From: Nanobdellota archaeon
Lineage (GTDB): Archaea; Nanobdellota; Nanobdellia; Pacearchaeales; GW2011-AR1
DNA: 64,000 nt
Direction: 5' to 3'
NCBI GenBank assembly: GCA_018815925.1
Contig: JAHIWS010000020.1
Location: 23,993 to 87,992, forward strand
The notes under the pieces are model-generated. The model did not search any database. It was not told the DNA's origin and was given only the letters and a program-made list of their open reading frames with translations. Both the position numbers and the translations under genes were made by a program. This document shows positions 38,887 to 48,937 of this stretch, one piece after another. How positions within the stretch are numbered: the stretch's first letter is position 1; each line of letters begins with the position of its first letter.

Positions 38887-39159
38887 CTACAAAAAACTAA
38901 AAATTCCCTTTTGAAGAAGAAGCAAACCAAAAATAATAAAAACTAATTTTGGAATATTAAAAATCAATAAAAAAAGGAAAAGAATCCCCGATAAAATATC
39001 AACCCAACTTCCAAAATCTTTTAGTAAACCTAGACTAGATTTAGAAATTAAAATTAATCCAAAAACAAGAAATATTTTATTTGGAAGATTTATTAAAGAC
39101 CCGCTTATTAAAATTAATCCAGCAATTATATCAAAAATGCCCAAAGCCTTAACCAACAT
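38887..39159 (-). CDS. Small membrane protein
   Basis: Hydrophobic, with internally repeated D-I-x-x-G segments. Confidence 0.6.
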   Translation of the reverse strand: MLVKALGIFDIIAGLILISGSLINLPNKIFLVFGLILISKSSLGLLKDFGSWVDILSGILFLFLLIFNIPKLVFIIFGLLLLQKGIFSFL

Positions 39160-39193
39160 ATTTTTTAAACTAAAAACCTCTTTAAAAATATAT

Positions 39194-39324
39194 GCGCCTG
39201 TAACTCAGTCTGGATAGAGTGCTTCCCCCCTAAAGAGATGAATTTGTTCATTTACTTACACCAAATATTTAGTTGGGGTGTGGGGGAAAGGAAGAAGTCG
39301 TAGGTTCAAATCCTACCAGGCGCG
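39194..39324 (+). tRNA. tRNA-Arg(CCT) with 56-nt intron at 37/38 (39233-39288)
   Basis: Acceptor GCGCCTG/CAGGCGC, stem CTTCC/GGAAG, BHB-like CCCC/GGGG helix with 3-nt bulges, A20 and G73 Arg identity elements; mature length 75 nt. Confidence 0.85.
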
Positions 39325-39377
39325 TTTTTTATTAATATAGAAAACCTTTAAAACAATCCTTTTATTTTATCTTTTAT

Positions 39378-39449
39378 GCGTGGGTAGGTCAATGGCTAGA
39401 CTCTCTGCCTTCCAAGCAGATTATCCGGGTTCGAATCCCGGCCTGCGCA
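39378..39449 (+). tRNA. tRNA-Gly(TCC)
   Basis: Stem TCTGC/GCAGA, loop CTTCCAA, GTTCGAATC. Confidence 0.95.
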
Positions 39450-39513
39450 TACGACGTGAACTTTTTGTTCACGGAGTCATGGAGCCCTATTTCCGACCTG
39501 CATTTTAAATAAA

Positions 39514-40416
39514 ATGGAAGAACAAGGAAAATCAGAAAAAAGAACATTTGAAAGTTTTCACAATAAGTATTACAAGCTGTTTTTACTAATTCCACTTTGC
39601 CTTATTGTTTTCTCTCTCCTTTATATGGGGATGTTTTATTCTAAAAATAATGATTTTATTTACAAAGATGTCTCTTTAACAGGAGGAACTTCTGCAACTA
39701 TTTATGGAAAAATAAATACAGAAAATTTAGAACAAGAATTATCAAATAAACTAGATGATGTTGGGTTTAGAGAAGTTTATGATGTGGTAACAAGAGAACA
39801 AAAAGCAGTAATAATTGAGACAAAATCAGATATTGAAACCACTAAACAAGTTCTTGAAGAATACCTTGGTTATGAGCTTGATGGAGAAAACAGCAGCTTT
39901 GAATTTACAGGTTCTGTTTTAAGTGAGAATTTTTATAACCAACTTTTAATAGCAATTTTAATTGCTTTTGTTTTTATGGGGGTGGTTGTTTTTATTATTT
40001 TTAGAACTTTTATTCCTTCTGCAGCAGTTATTATTTCAGCTTTTGCAGATATTTTGATGACTCTAACACTAGTTAATATGTTGGGGATGAAAATGTCAAG
40101 TGCAGGAATTGTGGCTTTTTTAATGTTAATTGGTTATTCAGTTGATACAGATATCCTTTTAACAAACCGTATTTTAAAGAGAAGAGAGTGGAGTTTAAAC
40201 CAAAGGATTTTTGGGGCTTTTAAAACAGGAATAACAATGACTCTAACCTCTCTTTTAGCAATAGTTTTTGCACTTTTAGTTGTAAAATCTTTTTCAGTAG
40301 TTTTAACACAAATTTTTACAATACTTGTTATAGGATTGTGTTTTGATATTTTTAATACTTGGGTAACCAATGTATCAATACTTAAAGGGTATATGGAAAA
40401 AAAACATGGCACTTAA
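39514..40416 (+). CDS. secF: Protein translocase subunit SecF
   Basis: LTGGT, LMLIGYSVDTDILL. Confidence 0.93.
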   Translation: MEEQGKSEKRTFESFHNKYYKLFLLIPLCLIVFSLLYMGMFYSKNNDFIYKDVSLTGGTSATIYGKINTENLEQELSNKLDDVGFREVYDVVTREQKAVIIETKSDIETTKQVLEEYLGYELDGENSSFEFTGSVLSENFYNQLLIAILIAFVFMGVVVFIIFRTFIPSAAVIISAFADILMTLTLVNMLGMKMSSAGIVAFLMLIGYSVDTDILLTNRILKRREWSLNQRIFGAFKTGITMTLTSLLAIVFALLVVKSFSVVLTQIFTILVIGLCFDIFNTWVTNVSILKGYMEKKHGT

Positions 40417-41929
40417 ATTTACTTGGAGAATTTGGATTTTAATCTTTGTTTTGGTTTTGTCCCTATTGTCTATTTTTGGAATTCCTTCTTTTCAAAAAGG
40501 GGTTATAATAAAAAGTGTAGATACAAATTCAACAGCTTTTGAACAGGGATTAAGGGCAGGACAAATAATAACTTCAATTGACGGAAAAAAAATAACTAAT
40601 ATAGGGGACTTTTCATCTTCACTTGAAAACAAATATAATTTTAATGAAAGTGTTAAAATAATAATTCATACAAAAGATTCTGAAATAATTTTATTTTCAA
40701 AAATCCCTCCAGAAATAATTGTATCAGAAATACAAAAAACAAATATTAAAATGGGTTTGGATTTAGCAGGAGGATCAAGAGCACTAGTTCAGGCTCAAGA
40801 TAAAAAGCTTACTAGTTCAGAAGTTAATGATTTAGTAGATGTTATAAGTAATCGGTTAAATGTTTATGGGATTGCAGATTTGAATATAAGACCTGTTTCA
40901 GATTTGTCTGGAAATAATTTTATGTTAATTGAGATTGCAGGAGCAACTCCTAAAGATTTAGAAGAATTAATTTCTAAACAAGGAAAATTTGAAGCAAAAA
41001 TAGGAAATGAAACTGTGTTTATAGGTGGAGAAAAAGATATTACTTCTGTTTGTAGAAATGATGCAACTTGTGCTGGAATAGTGTCTTGCCAAGTTTCAGG
41101 AAATTCAGAGTTTTGCAATTTTAGGTTTACAATTTATTTGAGTGAGGAAGCTGCAAATAAACACGCAGAAATAACAGGAAATTTAGATGTAAATGCAACT
41201 AATCCAGAATATTTGTCTGAAAAACTAGATTTATATCTTGATGATAAGCTTGTAGATAGTCTTTTTATTAGTAAAGGTCTTAAAGGAAGGGTAACAACTC
41301 AAATAGCTATTTCTGGTTCAGGAAGTGGACAAACAAGAGCAGAAGCATATGATGCTGCTGAAGAATCTATGCACAAACTACAGACTGTTTTAATCACAGG
41401 AAGTCTCCCCTATAAATTAGAAATTGCTAAATTAGATACAATATCCCCTATACTTGGAGACCAATTTATAAAAAATATTTTTTTAGCTGGTTTTTTAGCC
41501 CTTTTAGCAGTAGTCTTAATCATCTTTTTTAGATACAAAAAAATAAAATCTTCACTAGCATTATTACTTACAAGTGTTTCTGAAATTGTTATTATTTTAG
41601 GGATTGCTTCTTTAATTGAATGGAATCTTGATTTGCCAAGTATTGCTGGAATCCTTGCAACAATAGGTACTGGAATTGACCAACAGATTATTATTTTGGA
41701 TGAAGCAAAACAAACAGCTTTTCTAAGTATAAAACAAAAGTTAAAAAGAGCATTTGCAATCATCCTTGGGGCTTATTTTACAGCAGTTGTGGCATTACTT
41801 CCCTTACTTTGGGCTGGAGCAGGTTTATTAAAAGGTTTTGCAGTAACAACAATTATTGGGATAACAACAGGTATTTTAATAACAAGGCCTGCATTTACAG
41901 ACATGGTGAAAAAAATAGAAGAAGATTAA
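40406..41929 (+). CDS. secD: Protein translocase subunit SecD with PDZ-like insertion
   Basis: GLDLAGG, RLNVYG, GSLP, IGTGIDQQIII; PDZ-like GVIIKSV...GLRAGQIITSIDG. Confidence 0.93.
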   Translation: MALKFTWRIWILIFVLVLSLLSIFGIPSFQKGVIIKSVDTNSTAFEQGLRAGQIITSIDGKKITNIGDFSSSLENKYNFNESVKIIIHTKDSEIILFSKIPPEIIVSEIQKTNIKMGLDLAGGSRALVQAQDKKLTSSEVNDLVDVISNRLNVYGIADLNIRPVSDLSGNNFMLIEIAGATPKDLEELISKQGKFEAKIGNETVFIGGEKDITSVCRNDATCAGIVSCQVSGNSEFCNFRFTIYLSEEAANKHAEITGNLDVNATNPEYLSEKLDLYLDDKLVDSLFISKGLKGRVTTQIAISGSGSGQTRAEAYDAAEESMHKLQTVLITGSLPYKLEIAKLDTISPILGDQFIKNIFLAGFLALLAVVLIIFFRYKKIKSSLALLLTSVSEIVIILGIASLIEWNLDLPSIAGILATIGTGIDQQIIILDEAKQTAFLSIKQKLKRAFAIILGAYFTAVVALLPLLWAGAGLLKGFAVTTIIGITTGILITRPAFTDMVKKIEED

Positions 41930-41982
41930 AAAGATATTTTTGATACATAAATGCTTTTAAAGATTTTTTTAATAAAAAATTT

Positions 41983-43107
41983 ATGAAGATAATTCAGCTT
42001 ACAGCTTTTTTTTTACCTGTTGAAGGAGGAATGGAGCAACATGTATTAAATCTTTGTAGAGAATTACAAAAAAATAACCATTCTGTAGAAGTTATTTGTT
42101 CAGATTCAATGAGAGAAGGAACAATTTTTATAAAAAAAGAAAAGATCCAAGGGATTAAAATTACAAGATATAAAACTTTTTGGAATATAACCAAACTATC
42201 AAAAATTTTTCCTGGTTTTATTTTTGATTTATTTAAAAAAGATTATGATCTCTTACATGTTCATTCTTATAGGCAACCTTATACATTAATGGGTTTAATT
42301 GTGGCAAAGTTAATGAAAAAAAAATGCATAATAACTACTCATTGCCCTTTGCATCAAAAAGGAACCAGATCTAGAGGAACATATTTTTTAGCAGTTTTAT
42401 ATGACCGTATTTTTGGAAAAATTGCATCTAAATTTAACCACATAATAGGGATTGCAAATGAGGAAATATCTTTTTTCTCAAGGTATGGGATAAATAACAA
42501 AAAAATTACTATAATCCCTAATGGGATAACAAAAAAAGAATTTAAAATAGGAAATAGGCAAGAATTCAGAAAAAAATATAAAATAAAAAAAAATGATTTT
42601 GTTGCATTATTTACTGGAAGAATTCACAAAACAAAAGGCCTCCAGAATTTAAAATATGCTGTAGATAATCTCCCAAAAATAAAATTCGTTTTTGCAGGTT
42701 TAAATGATGGGTATATGAATTACTTAAAAAAAATGTACTGTAAGAATAAAAATGTGATTTTTACTGGTAAAATAGACCATCTTAAAATGCCTAATGCATA
42801 TGCGGCAGCAGATATTTTTATTCTTCCTAGTGATTATGAGCCTTTTGGTATATCTCTTTTAGAGGCAATGGCTCAAAGATTACCTATAATTTCTACTAAT
42901 CAAGGAGGGCCGGTCGATTTTATAACAAAGGATTTTGGATTTCTGATAAATCCAAAAAATCAAAAAGAATGGTTTAATTTAATAAATTATTTACTAAAAA
43001 ATCCAAAAAAAAGAAAAAAAATGGGAAAATATGCTAAAAAAGAAGCTGAAAACTACCTCTGGACCAATATAGGAAAAAAAATAATAAAAGTGTATGAAAC
43101 TTGTTAA
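41983..43107 (+). CDS. GT4 glycosyltransferase
   Basis: GGMEQH, IPNG, GRIHKTKG, EPFGISLLEAM. Confidence 0.92.
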   Translation: MKIIQLTAFFLPVEGGMEQHVLNLCRELQKNNHSVEVICSDSMREGTIFIKKEKIQGIKITRYKTFWNITKLSKIFPGFIFDLFKKDYDLLHVHSYRQPYTLMGLIVAKLMKKKCIITTHCPLHQKGTRSRGTYFLAVLYDRIFGKIASKFNHIIGIANEEISFFSRYGINNKKITIIPNGITKKEFKIGNRQEFRKKYKIKKNDFVALFTGRIHKTKGLQNLKYAVDNLPKIKFVFAGLNDGYMNYLKKMYCKNKNVIFTGKIDHLKMPNAYAAADIFILPSDYEPFGISLLEAMAQRLPIISTNQGGPVDFITKDFGFLINPKNQKEWFNLINYLLKNPKKRKKMGKYAKKEAENYLWTNIGKKIIKVYETC

Positions 43108-44111
43108 ACCTCTTTTTTAAAATGTGTTTTAATTCTTTTTATTAAAAAAACAAAATTAAGAGGATATAATTTACTTTTTGGCATACCATTTTTTTCTTTA
43201 CAATTTTTACACAAGTCATTTGATTTAAAATCATTTTTTATGTGTTGTGTTCTTAGTTTTTTCATTTTTTGATTGTTCCAAATTTCTTTTAAGGATTCTT
43301 TATTCAAATCACCTAAAACATACTTAGCATCATAGTCATAACAACAAGGAACAACTCTACCATCCCAGAGGATAGTCATCCTATGCCAAGCTCTGACACA
43401 GGGATAAGGGCTCCTCTTATGAAATGCTTTTGATAATTGTTCTTTGTCTGCCAACCTCTCTATATCTTTTGAAGAACCCTCCCAAGTAACAAAGTCTTTT
43501 ATTTCAACCTCATCTACACCTTGTTTATCCCATTTTTTCTTGAACTCTTTTATTTTATTTTTTGTTATTTTCATATTTATCATAGCTATTACTATAAGAG
43601 GTTTTTTTCTTTTTCTTTTGTATTTGATTATCTCGTTTATGTTTGAAACCGCTTTTTCATAATTGGCAGTAATTCCCCTAATTCTTTTGTACATTACTGG
43701 ATCTGTTCCGTCTAAAGAAATATGTAGTTTGTCTAAACCTGCGTCAATTATTTTTTTAGCCATCTCTAAATTTATAACAGAAGCATTAACTGAAATAAAT
43801 GTTTTAATTCTTTTTTCTTTAGCATATTTTATCATTTTATCTAATTTAGGGTGTAATAGTGACTCTCCAAAATGATGTAGCCCAATACTAGGGGTGTATC
43901 CCTTTAATTGGTCAATTATTTTTTTATAAAGATTAATATCCATATGCCCTAATTTTCTTTTCATATATTTTCTTGGACACATTATACATTTCATAGGGCA
44001 ATGATTTGTGGGTTCTATATTGTATACTTCAGGATACCCCAAACATTTTATTTTTCTATGGAAATAAGAATAAAAATTCAAGAATTTATTTACAAATTGT
44101 TTAAGATTCAT
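43104..44111 (-). CDS. Radical SAM protein with SPASM/twitch domain
   Basis: CPMKCIMC; C...WDGRVVPCC...CKNC. Confidence 0.9.
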   Translation of the reverse strand: MNLKQFVNKFLNFYSYFHRKIKCLGYPEVYNIEPTNHCPMKCIMCPRKYMKRKLGHMDINLYKKIIDQLKGYTPSIGLHHFGESLLHPKLDKMIKYAKEKRIKTFISVNASVINLEMAKKIIDAGLDKLHISLDGTDPVMYKRIRGITANYEKAVSNINEIIKYKRKRKKPLIVIAMINMKITKNKIKEFKKKWDKQGVDEVEIKDFVTWEGSSKDIERLADKEQLSKAFHKRSPYPCVRAWHRMTILWDGRVVPCCYDYDAKYVLGDLNKESLKEIWNNQKMKKLRTQHIKNDFKSNDLCKNCKEKNGMPKSKLYPLNFVFLIKRIKTHFKKEV

Positions 44112-44149
44112 TCATTTTTTTAAACAACACCCTTTAAAATGATTTCTAA

Positions 44150-45010
44150 TCAATCCTCCTCTAAAACCACTGGATTTTTTTGAATATATTCTTTATACCA
44201 TTCAATGGTTTTTCTTAAACCTTCTTCTAAAGGTGTTTTGGGCATATACCCTAATTTTTTAATTTCAGAACAATCTAAACTTACTTTTTGAGGTTGAGCT
44301 ATTTCTGCTGAATAGCTATTTATTTGACTTTTGCTTCCTGTTAATTCTAAAATGTATTTGGCTTCATCATAAACATTGTACTCTTCTTTTCCACTAATAT
44401 TATATTCTTTATTCCACTCATTAGAATTTATTGTCAGCATTGTTCCTTCAATAAAATCATCAATATAAGTAAAATCAAGGGTTTTAGTTAAAGGATTTCC
44501 AAAAATCTTTAATTCTTCACCTCTTAGTGCAGCTAGGATATGTAAATGAACAAGTCTTTTACTTAAATCCCAGAAAGGTCCATAGACTGTTGAAGGACGA
44601 ATAATAATATATTCAATCCCATAAGAATTGTAAAAACCTTTACAAAGTTCCTCACCATAAATTTTAGAAGCAGTATAAGAATTTTTTTCAGGACTCAAAA
44701 TCCTAGATGAGGAAAAAAAAACAAATTTTGGAATTTTATGTTTTCTACAAAAATCTAAAGCATAAAAAGTCCCTTGAGCATTATTTAGATTAGCTATTTT
44801 TGGATCTGCAACCATCTTATTTATTTTAACATGTGCAGCTGCATGTATGAAAAGGTCTATTGAAGTATCTATTTCTAAATTTTTTAACCAAGAAAGATCA
44901 GACCCAGACCTATGATCTATGCTTCCAACAATTTTGTGGCCTTCTTTAATTAATCTTTTTTCCAAAGCAGAACCTATCAGCCCTTTATTTCCAGTAATAA
45001 AAATATTCAT
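44150..45010 (-). CDS. NAD-dependent epimerase/dehydratase
   Basis: TGNKGLIG, YTASK, RPSTVYGP. Confidence 0.9.
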   Translation of the reverse strand: MNIFITGNKGLIGSALEKRLIKEGHKIVGSIDHRSGSDLSWLKNLEIDTSIDLFIHAAAHVKINKMVADPKIANLNNAQGTFYALDFCRKHKIPKFVFFSSSRILSPEKNSYTASKIYGEELCKGFYNSYGIEYIIIRPSTVYGPFWDLSKRLVHLHILAALRGEELKIFGNPLTKTLDFTYIDDFIEGTMLTINSNEWNKEYNISGKEEYNVYDEAKYILELTGSKSQINSYSAEIAQPQKVSLDCSEIKKLGYMPKTPLEEGLRKTIEWYKEYIQKNPVVLEED

Positions 45011-45150
45011 ATTTTAATGATTTTTTTTCAATTTTTAAAAATATATGTAGTATAACTAAACTATCTTAAAAAGATACTTTTTATACATAAATGCTTTTAA
45101 AACTCTTTTGAATTTTATTATTAACTTAAAAAGAGATTTATTAATTAAAA

Positions 45151-46026
45151 ATGAAAATAGGTTTTATAGGGTTGGGTTTTGTTGGGGGTGCAACAAAACA
45201 AGTTTTTGAAAAAAATCACGAAACATTCACCTATGATAAATATAAAGAACCTTATAATTCAGAAGAACATTTGAAGTCTGTAGCTGAAAATTCTGAAATT
45301 ATTTTTTTATCTCTCCCAACACCTATGAAACCAAGCGGAGAAATAGACTATTCTGCTATCTATGACTCTTTAGATAATTTAAAAAAAACCTTAGAAGAAA
45401 TTAAAAGATCTCCTGAAGAAATTATAATTGTCATTAGATCAACATCAGTTTCAGGTTCTTCTGATAAACTTGCGGAACAGTATCCTTTTAGATTTGCAGT
45501 AAATCCAGAGTTTTTAACAGAAAGAAATGCTTTAGAAGATATGAAAAAAACAGACAAGGTAGTCATTGGAACAAGTTCTTTAGAAGATTATCAAAAGATA
45601 TATCAAGCTTATCACCCTGTTTTCCCTTATGCTAGATATGTCCATGTTGATAGAAAGACTGCAGAAATGATAAAATATTCTGCAAATGTTTTTTTAACAG
45701 GGCAAGTAACTCTTGCAAATGAAATTTATCAAATTTGCCAAGTTCTTGGTGTAGATTATAAAACAATAAAAGAGGTTGTGTTGTTTGATAAGAGAATAGG
45801 AACCCATATAAACGTTCCAGGTCCTGATGGAGATTTAGGTTTTGGGGGAAAATGTTTCCCAAAAGACATTAATGCCTTAATTTATTTAGCTAGAGAAAAA
45901 ATGTATAGGCCTTATTTACTTGAAGAAATGTGGAGGTTAAATGAAAGGATAAGAACAAAAAAGGATTGGTTTGATATACCTGGAGCAACCTCTGAAAACC
46001 AGAATTTTAAAGAATTTAACAATTAA
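45151..46026 (+). CDS. UDP-glucose/GDP-mannose dehydrogenase family protein (short form)
   Basis: GLGFVG, LPTP, NPEFL, AEMIKY, GFGGKCFPKD; C-terminal UDP-binding domain absent. Confidence 0.88.
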   Translation: MKIGFIGLGFVGGATKQVFEKNHETFTYDKYKEPYNSEEHLKSVAENSEIIFLSLPTPMKPSGEIDYSAIYDSLDNLKKTLEEIKRSPEEIIIVIRSTSVSGSSDKLAEQYPFRFAVNPEFLTERNALEDMKKTDKVVIGTSSLEDYQKIYQAYHPVFPYARYVHVDRKTAEMIKYSANVFLTGQVTLANEIYQICQVLGVDYKTIKEVVLFDKRIGTHINVPGPDGDLGFGGKCFPKDINALIYLAREKMYRPYLLEEMWRLNERIRTKKDWFDIPGATSENQNFKEFNN

Positions 46027-46076
46027 TATATTTTTAATATGTCAAATTTAAAAAGGGTATTTTTCTAATTATTAAA

Positions 46077-46553
46077 ATGCGTCCTTCTGAACATATATTT
46101 TTAGGAATAATCTTTTCCTTATTTTTATTTATCTTTTTTCCAAAAATAGGGTTTATAGGTTTTTTACTTATTTTTCTTTCAACCGTGTTAATTGATATAG
46201 ACCATTATGTTTATTATGTTTACAAAAAAAGAGATTTAAGTTTAAAAAAAGCTAGAAAATGGAACCTTGAATTAGGTAAAAAGTGCTTTTATTTAATACA
46301 AAATAAAAAACAGAAAAATTTTCATGGGGTTTTCTGTTTTTTTCATGGAATTGAAATAATTATTATTATGTTTTTTTTATCGATTTTTTCAAGAATATTT
46401 TTATTTATTTCCTTGGGTTTAACTTTTCACCTCCTTTTAGATATTTATTCCGAATATAGGTGTATTGGAAGAGTTACTAGTAAGTTTTCACTAATAGTTG
46501 ATATCATAAGAAATAAAAAAACTGAATTTATTGAAGATTATCAAAAATGTTAA
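46077..46553 (+). CDS. Membrane-bound metal-dependent hydrolase-like protein
   Basis: H, IDIDH, FHG, FHLLLD motifs with TM segments. Confidence 0.65.
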   Translation: MRPSEHIFLGIIFSLFLFIFFPKIGFIGFLLIFLSTVLIDIDHYVYYVYKKRDLSLKKARKWNLELGKKCFYLIQNKKQKNFHGVFCFFHGIEIIIIMFFLSIFSRIFLFISLGLTFHLLLDIYSEYRCIGRVTSKFSLIVDIIRNKKTEFIEDYQKC

Positions 46554-46990
46554 TAAAAAAATTTTTTGAAGAGATAACTTTTCTAGGGGGGGTTCTTTTT
46601 TATAGTATTTTTTTATTATATTTTTTATTAGAACAAAAATACATTTATTTTGGTATACTTTTGACTTCCTTAATTTTAGTATATTTTGTCACATTTCTCA
46701 TAAGAATCTTTTATTTTAAAACCCGTCCAGAAAAAGTAAAATACAATAATTTTTTAGAAAAAATAGATGCTTCAGCATTTCCTAGCATCCATGCGGCAAG
46801 AGTGTTTATTTTATTTCTTTTTTTTATTTCTTTTATTAATAATTTTTATTTCTTTTTTTTATTTTTACTTTTTGTATTGTTTTTAACTATTTATTCTAGA
46901 ATTTACCTTAGAAAACATGATATAGTGGATGTTTTTGGGGGGCTTATTCTAGGTACAATATCTTTTTTTGTATCCTTCTTAATTTGGTAA
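46547..46990 (+). CDS. PAP2-family lipid phosphatase
   Basis: KTRP, FPSIH, SRIYLRKHDIVDV. Confidence 0.88.
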   Translation: MLIKKFFEEITFLGGVLFYSIFLLYFLLEQKYIYFGILLTSLILVYFVTFLIRIFYFKTRPEKVKYNNFLEKIDASAFPSIHAARVFILFLFFISFINNFYFFFLFLLFVLFLTIYSRIYLRKHDIVDVFGGLILGTISFFVSFLIW

Positions 46991-47839
46991 ATAATAAAAA
47001 CTAAAGATAATAATTATTAACCAAAATAACAAAGCCAGGATAATTTTCTTATCAAAAATAAATTTTTCAGGGTTTCTTATTTTTTCAGGAGAATTATATA
47101 GGTTTTGGAAAAACATAATTACTATATACAATGCTATGGGTACACTTAAAAGAAGTGTTGGTTTAAAATTTAAGACACTATAAATAGAAAAGAAAACAAA
47201 TACACAAGCAATTGAAATTATTGATAAAATCTCTAAAATTTTTTTATCAGAACTAGTGAAATTTGGCCTGTATTTTTTAATCCCTTTCATCATAATTTCC
47301 AAAGAACGTTTTGAACTAACTAAAAATATAGATAGAAAAAAAGTTATAAGGATAACCCAAATAGAAACAGGGGATTTTATTATGAATGTTCCAGAGACAG
47401 CCCTTATCACAAAATTTAAAGAGATAAAAATAATATCTAAGTAAGGAATATTTCTTATATCTAAATTATATATTTGGGAAAGAATAAAAAGTAGAAGGAT
47501 AGAGTATAAAAAAAGACCTCCTAAAAATGAAGCAATTAGTAATGATAATACAAAAAGGACAACAGAGGTTATTATTGCCGGATTTTTTTTTATTTTTCCA
47601 GATGCAATAGGGCGAGTGTTTTTTTCAGGATGGTTTTGATCTTTTTTTATATCTAAAAGATCATTAATTATATAATAAGAAGAGGAAATAAAACAAAGTG
47701 AAATAAAACCAAGGATTGTCAGGAAAAAAAATTCTTTATTAAAAAGATTTAATGAAAAAATAAGTGAAATAAAAATTATAAGGTTTTTATACCACTGCTC
47801 AACACGCAACAATCTCAAAGAATCCTTAATCTGCAACAT
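46979..47839 (-). CDS. UbiA-family polyprenyl-phosphate phosphoribosyltransferase (DPPR synthase-like)
   Basis: LRVEQWYKN, YIINDLLDIKKDQNHPEKNTRPIASG, FVIRAVSG, KRSLE. Confidence 0.85.
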   Translation of the reverse strand: MLQIKDSLRLLRVEQWYKNLIIFISLIFSLNLFNKEFFFLTILGFISLCFISSSYYIINDLLDIKKDQNHPEKNTRPIASGKIKKNPAIITSVVLFVLSLLIASFLGGLFLYSILLLFILSQIYNLDIRNIPYLDIIFISLNFVIRAVSGTFIIKSPVSIWVILITFFLSIFLVSSKRSLEIMMKGIKKYRPNFTSSDKKILEILSIISIACVFVFFSIYSVLNFKPTLLLSVPIALYIVIMFFQNLYNSPEKIRNPEKFIFDKKIILALLFWLIIIIFSFYYLPN

Positions 47840-47890
47840 ATACAAAAAATATGAATAATCTTTAAATACCTTTCTTTGACTTTTCTTCTT

Positions 47891-48937
47891 ATGAAGAAAT
47901 TAATGGTTACAGGAGGTGCTGGATTTCTTGGGTACCATATTTGTAAAAAACTCTCTAAGGAATTTGACAAAATTATTATAACAGATATAGATTTTTTCAA
48001 TAAAAAAGAATATGCTAAAAACATTGAATATTTTAAATTAGATGTAAGGGATAAGAAAGGGATGGAAAAATTAATAAAATTGCAAAAACCAGATTTTATA
48101 ATCCATGGGGCTGCTGCTCTTCCTCTTGCCCAAAAAAAAACAATTTTTCAGGTTAATCTAGAGGGGATAAAAAATATTTTAGATCTTTCACTAAAAAATA
48201 AAATTAAAAGGGTTGTTTTTATTTCTTCTACAGCAGTATATGGGATTCCACAAAAATACCCTATTTGCGAAGAAGATCCTATGGTGGGTGTTGGGCCATA
48301 TGGGAAAACAAAAATTATTTCAGAAAAATTGTGTGAAAAATATAGGAAAAAAGGATTATGTATTACAAGTATTAGACCCAAAACATTTATTGGGACAAAC
48401 AGATTAGGTGTTTTTCAAATTTTATATGATTGGGTTGAGACTGGTGTAAAAATACCTATCATAGGAAATGGTAAAAATAGATACCAATTACTAGAAGTAG
48501 AAGATTTGGTAGATGCAATTTATTTAGCTTTGATAAAACCAAAAGATAAGGTGAATGATATTTTTAATGTGGGGGGGGAAAAATTTAAAACAGTCTATGA
48601 AGATGTTTCTGAATTATGCAAATTTGCAAACTCTGGAGCCAGGGTTATGAGAACCCCTGCATTTTTGATAATTTTTGCCTTAAGATTTTTTGAGATGTTA
48701 AATTTATCTCCTTTATATAAATGGGTTTACGGAACTGCTCAAAAAGATTCTTTTGTTTCTATAGATAAAATCAAGAAACAATTAGGGTGGGAACCCAGAT
48801 ACAGCAATGCCCAAGCACTTATACGTTCTTATAAATGGTATATAGATAACAAACCCACACTTGCTAAAGAAGAAGGGATAACCCATAGAGTGCCTTGGGC
48901 CCAAGGGGTTTTAGGCTTATTTAAAAAAATCCTTTAG
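47891..48937 (+). CDS. NAD-dependent epimerase / 3-beta-HSD-like SDR
   Basis: TGGAGFLG, SSTAVYG, YGKTK. Confidence 0.88.
   Translation: MKKLMVTGGAGFLGYHICKKLSKEFDKIIITDIDFFNKKEYAKNIEYFKLDVRDKKGMEKLIKLQKPDFIIHGAAALPLAQKKTIFQVNLEGIKNILDLSLKNKIKRVVFISSTAVYGIPQKYPICEEDPMVGVGPYGKTKIISEKLCEKYRKKGLCITSIRPKTFIGTNRLGVFQILYDWVETGVKIPIIGNGKNRYQLLEVEDLVDAIYLALIKPKDKVNDIFNVGGEKFKTVYEDVSELCKFANSGARVMRTPAFLIIFALRFFEMLNLSPLYKWVYGTAQKDSFVSIDKIKKQLGWEPRYSNAQALIRSYKWYIDNKPTLAKEEGITHRVPWAQGVLGLFKKIL

Noticed and set aside
39221-39240. Reading the intron-containing tRNA as an amber suppressor (CTA)
   Set aside because: Stem register CTTCC/GGAAG, BHB geometry, A20 and G73 all support Arg(CCT).
39455-39500. Hairpin CGTGAAC-TTTTT-GTTCACG after tRNA-Gly as a separate ncRNA
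   Set aside because: A single short stem; could be a tRNA trailer or secF leader, with too little evidence for a call.
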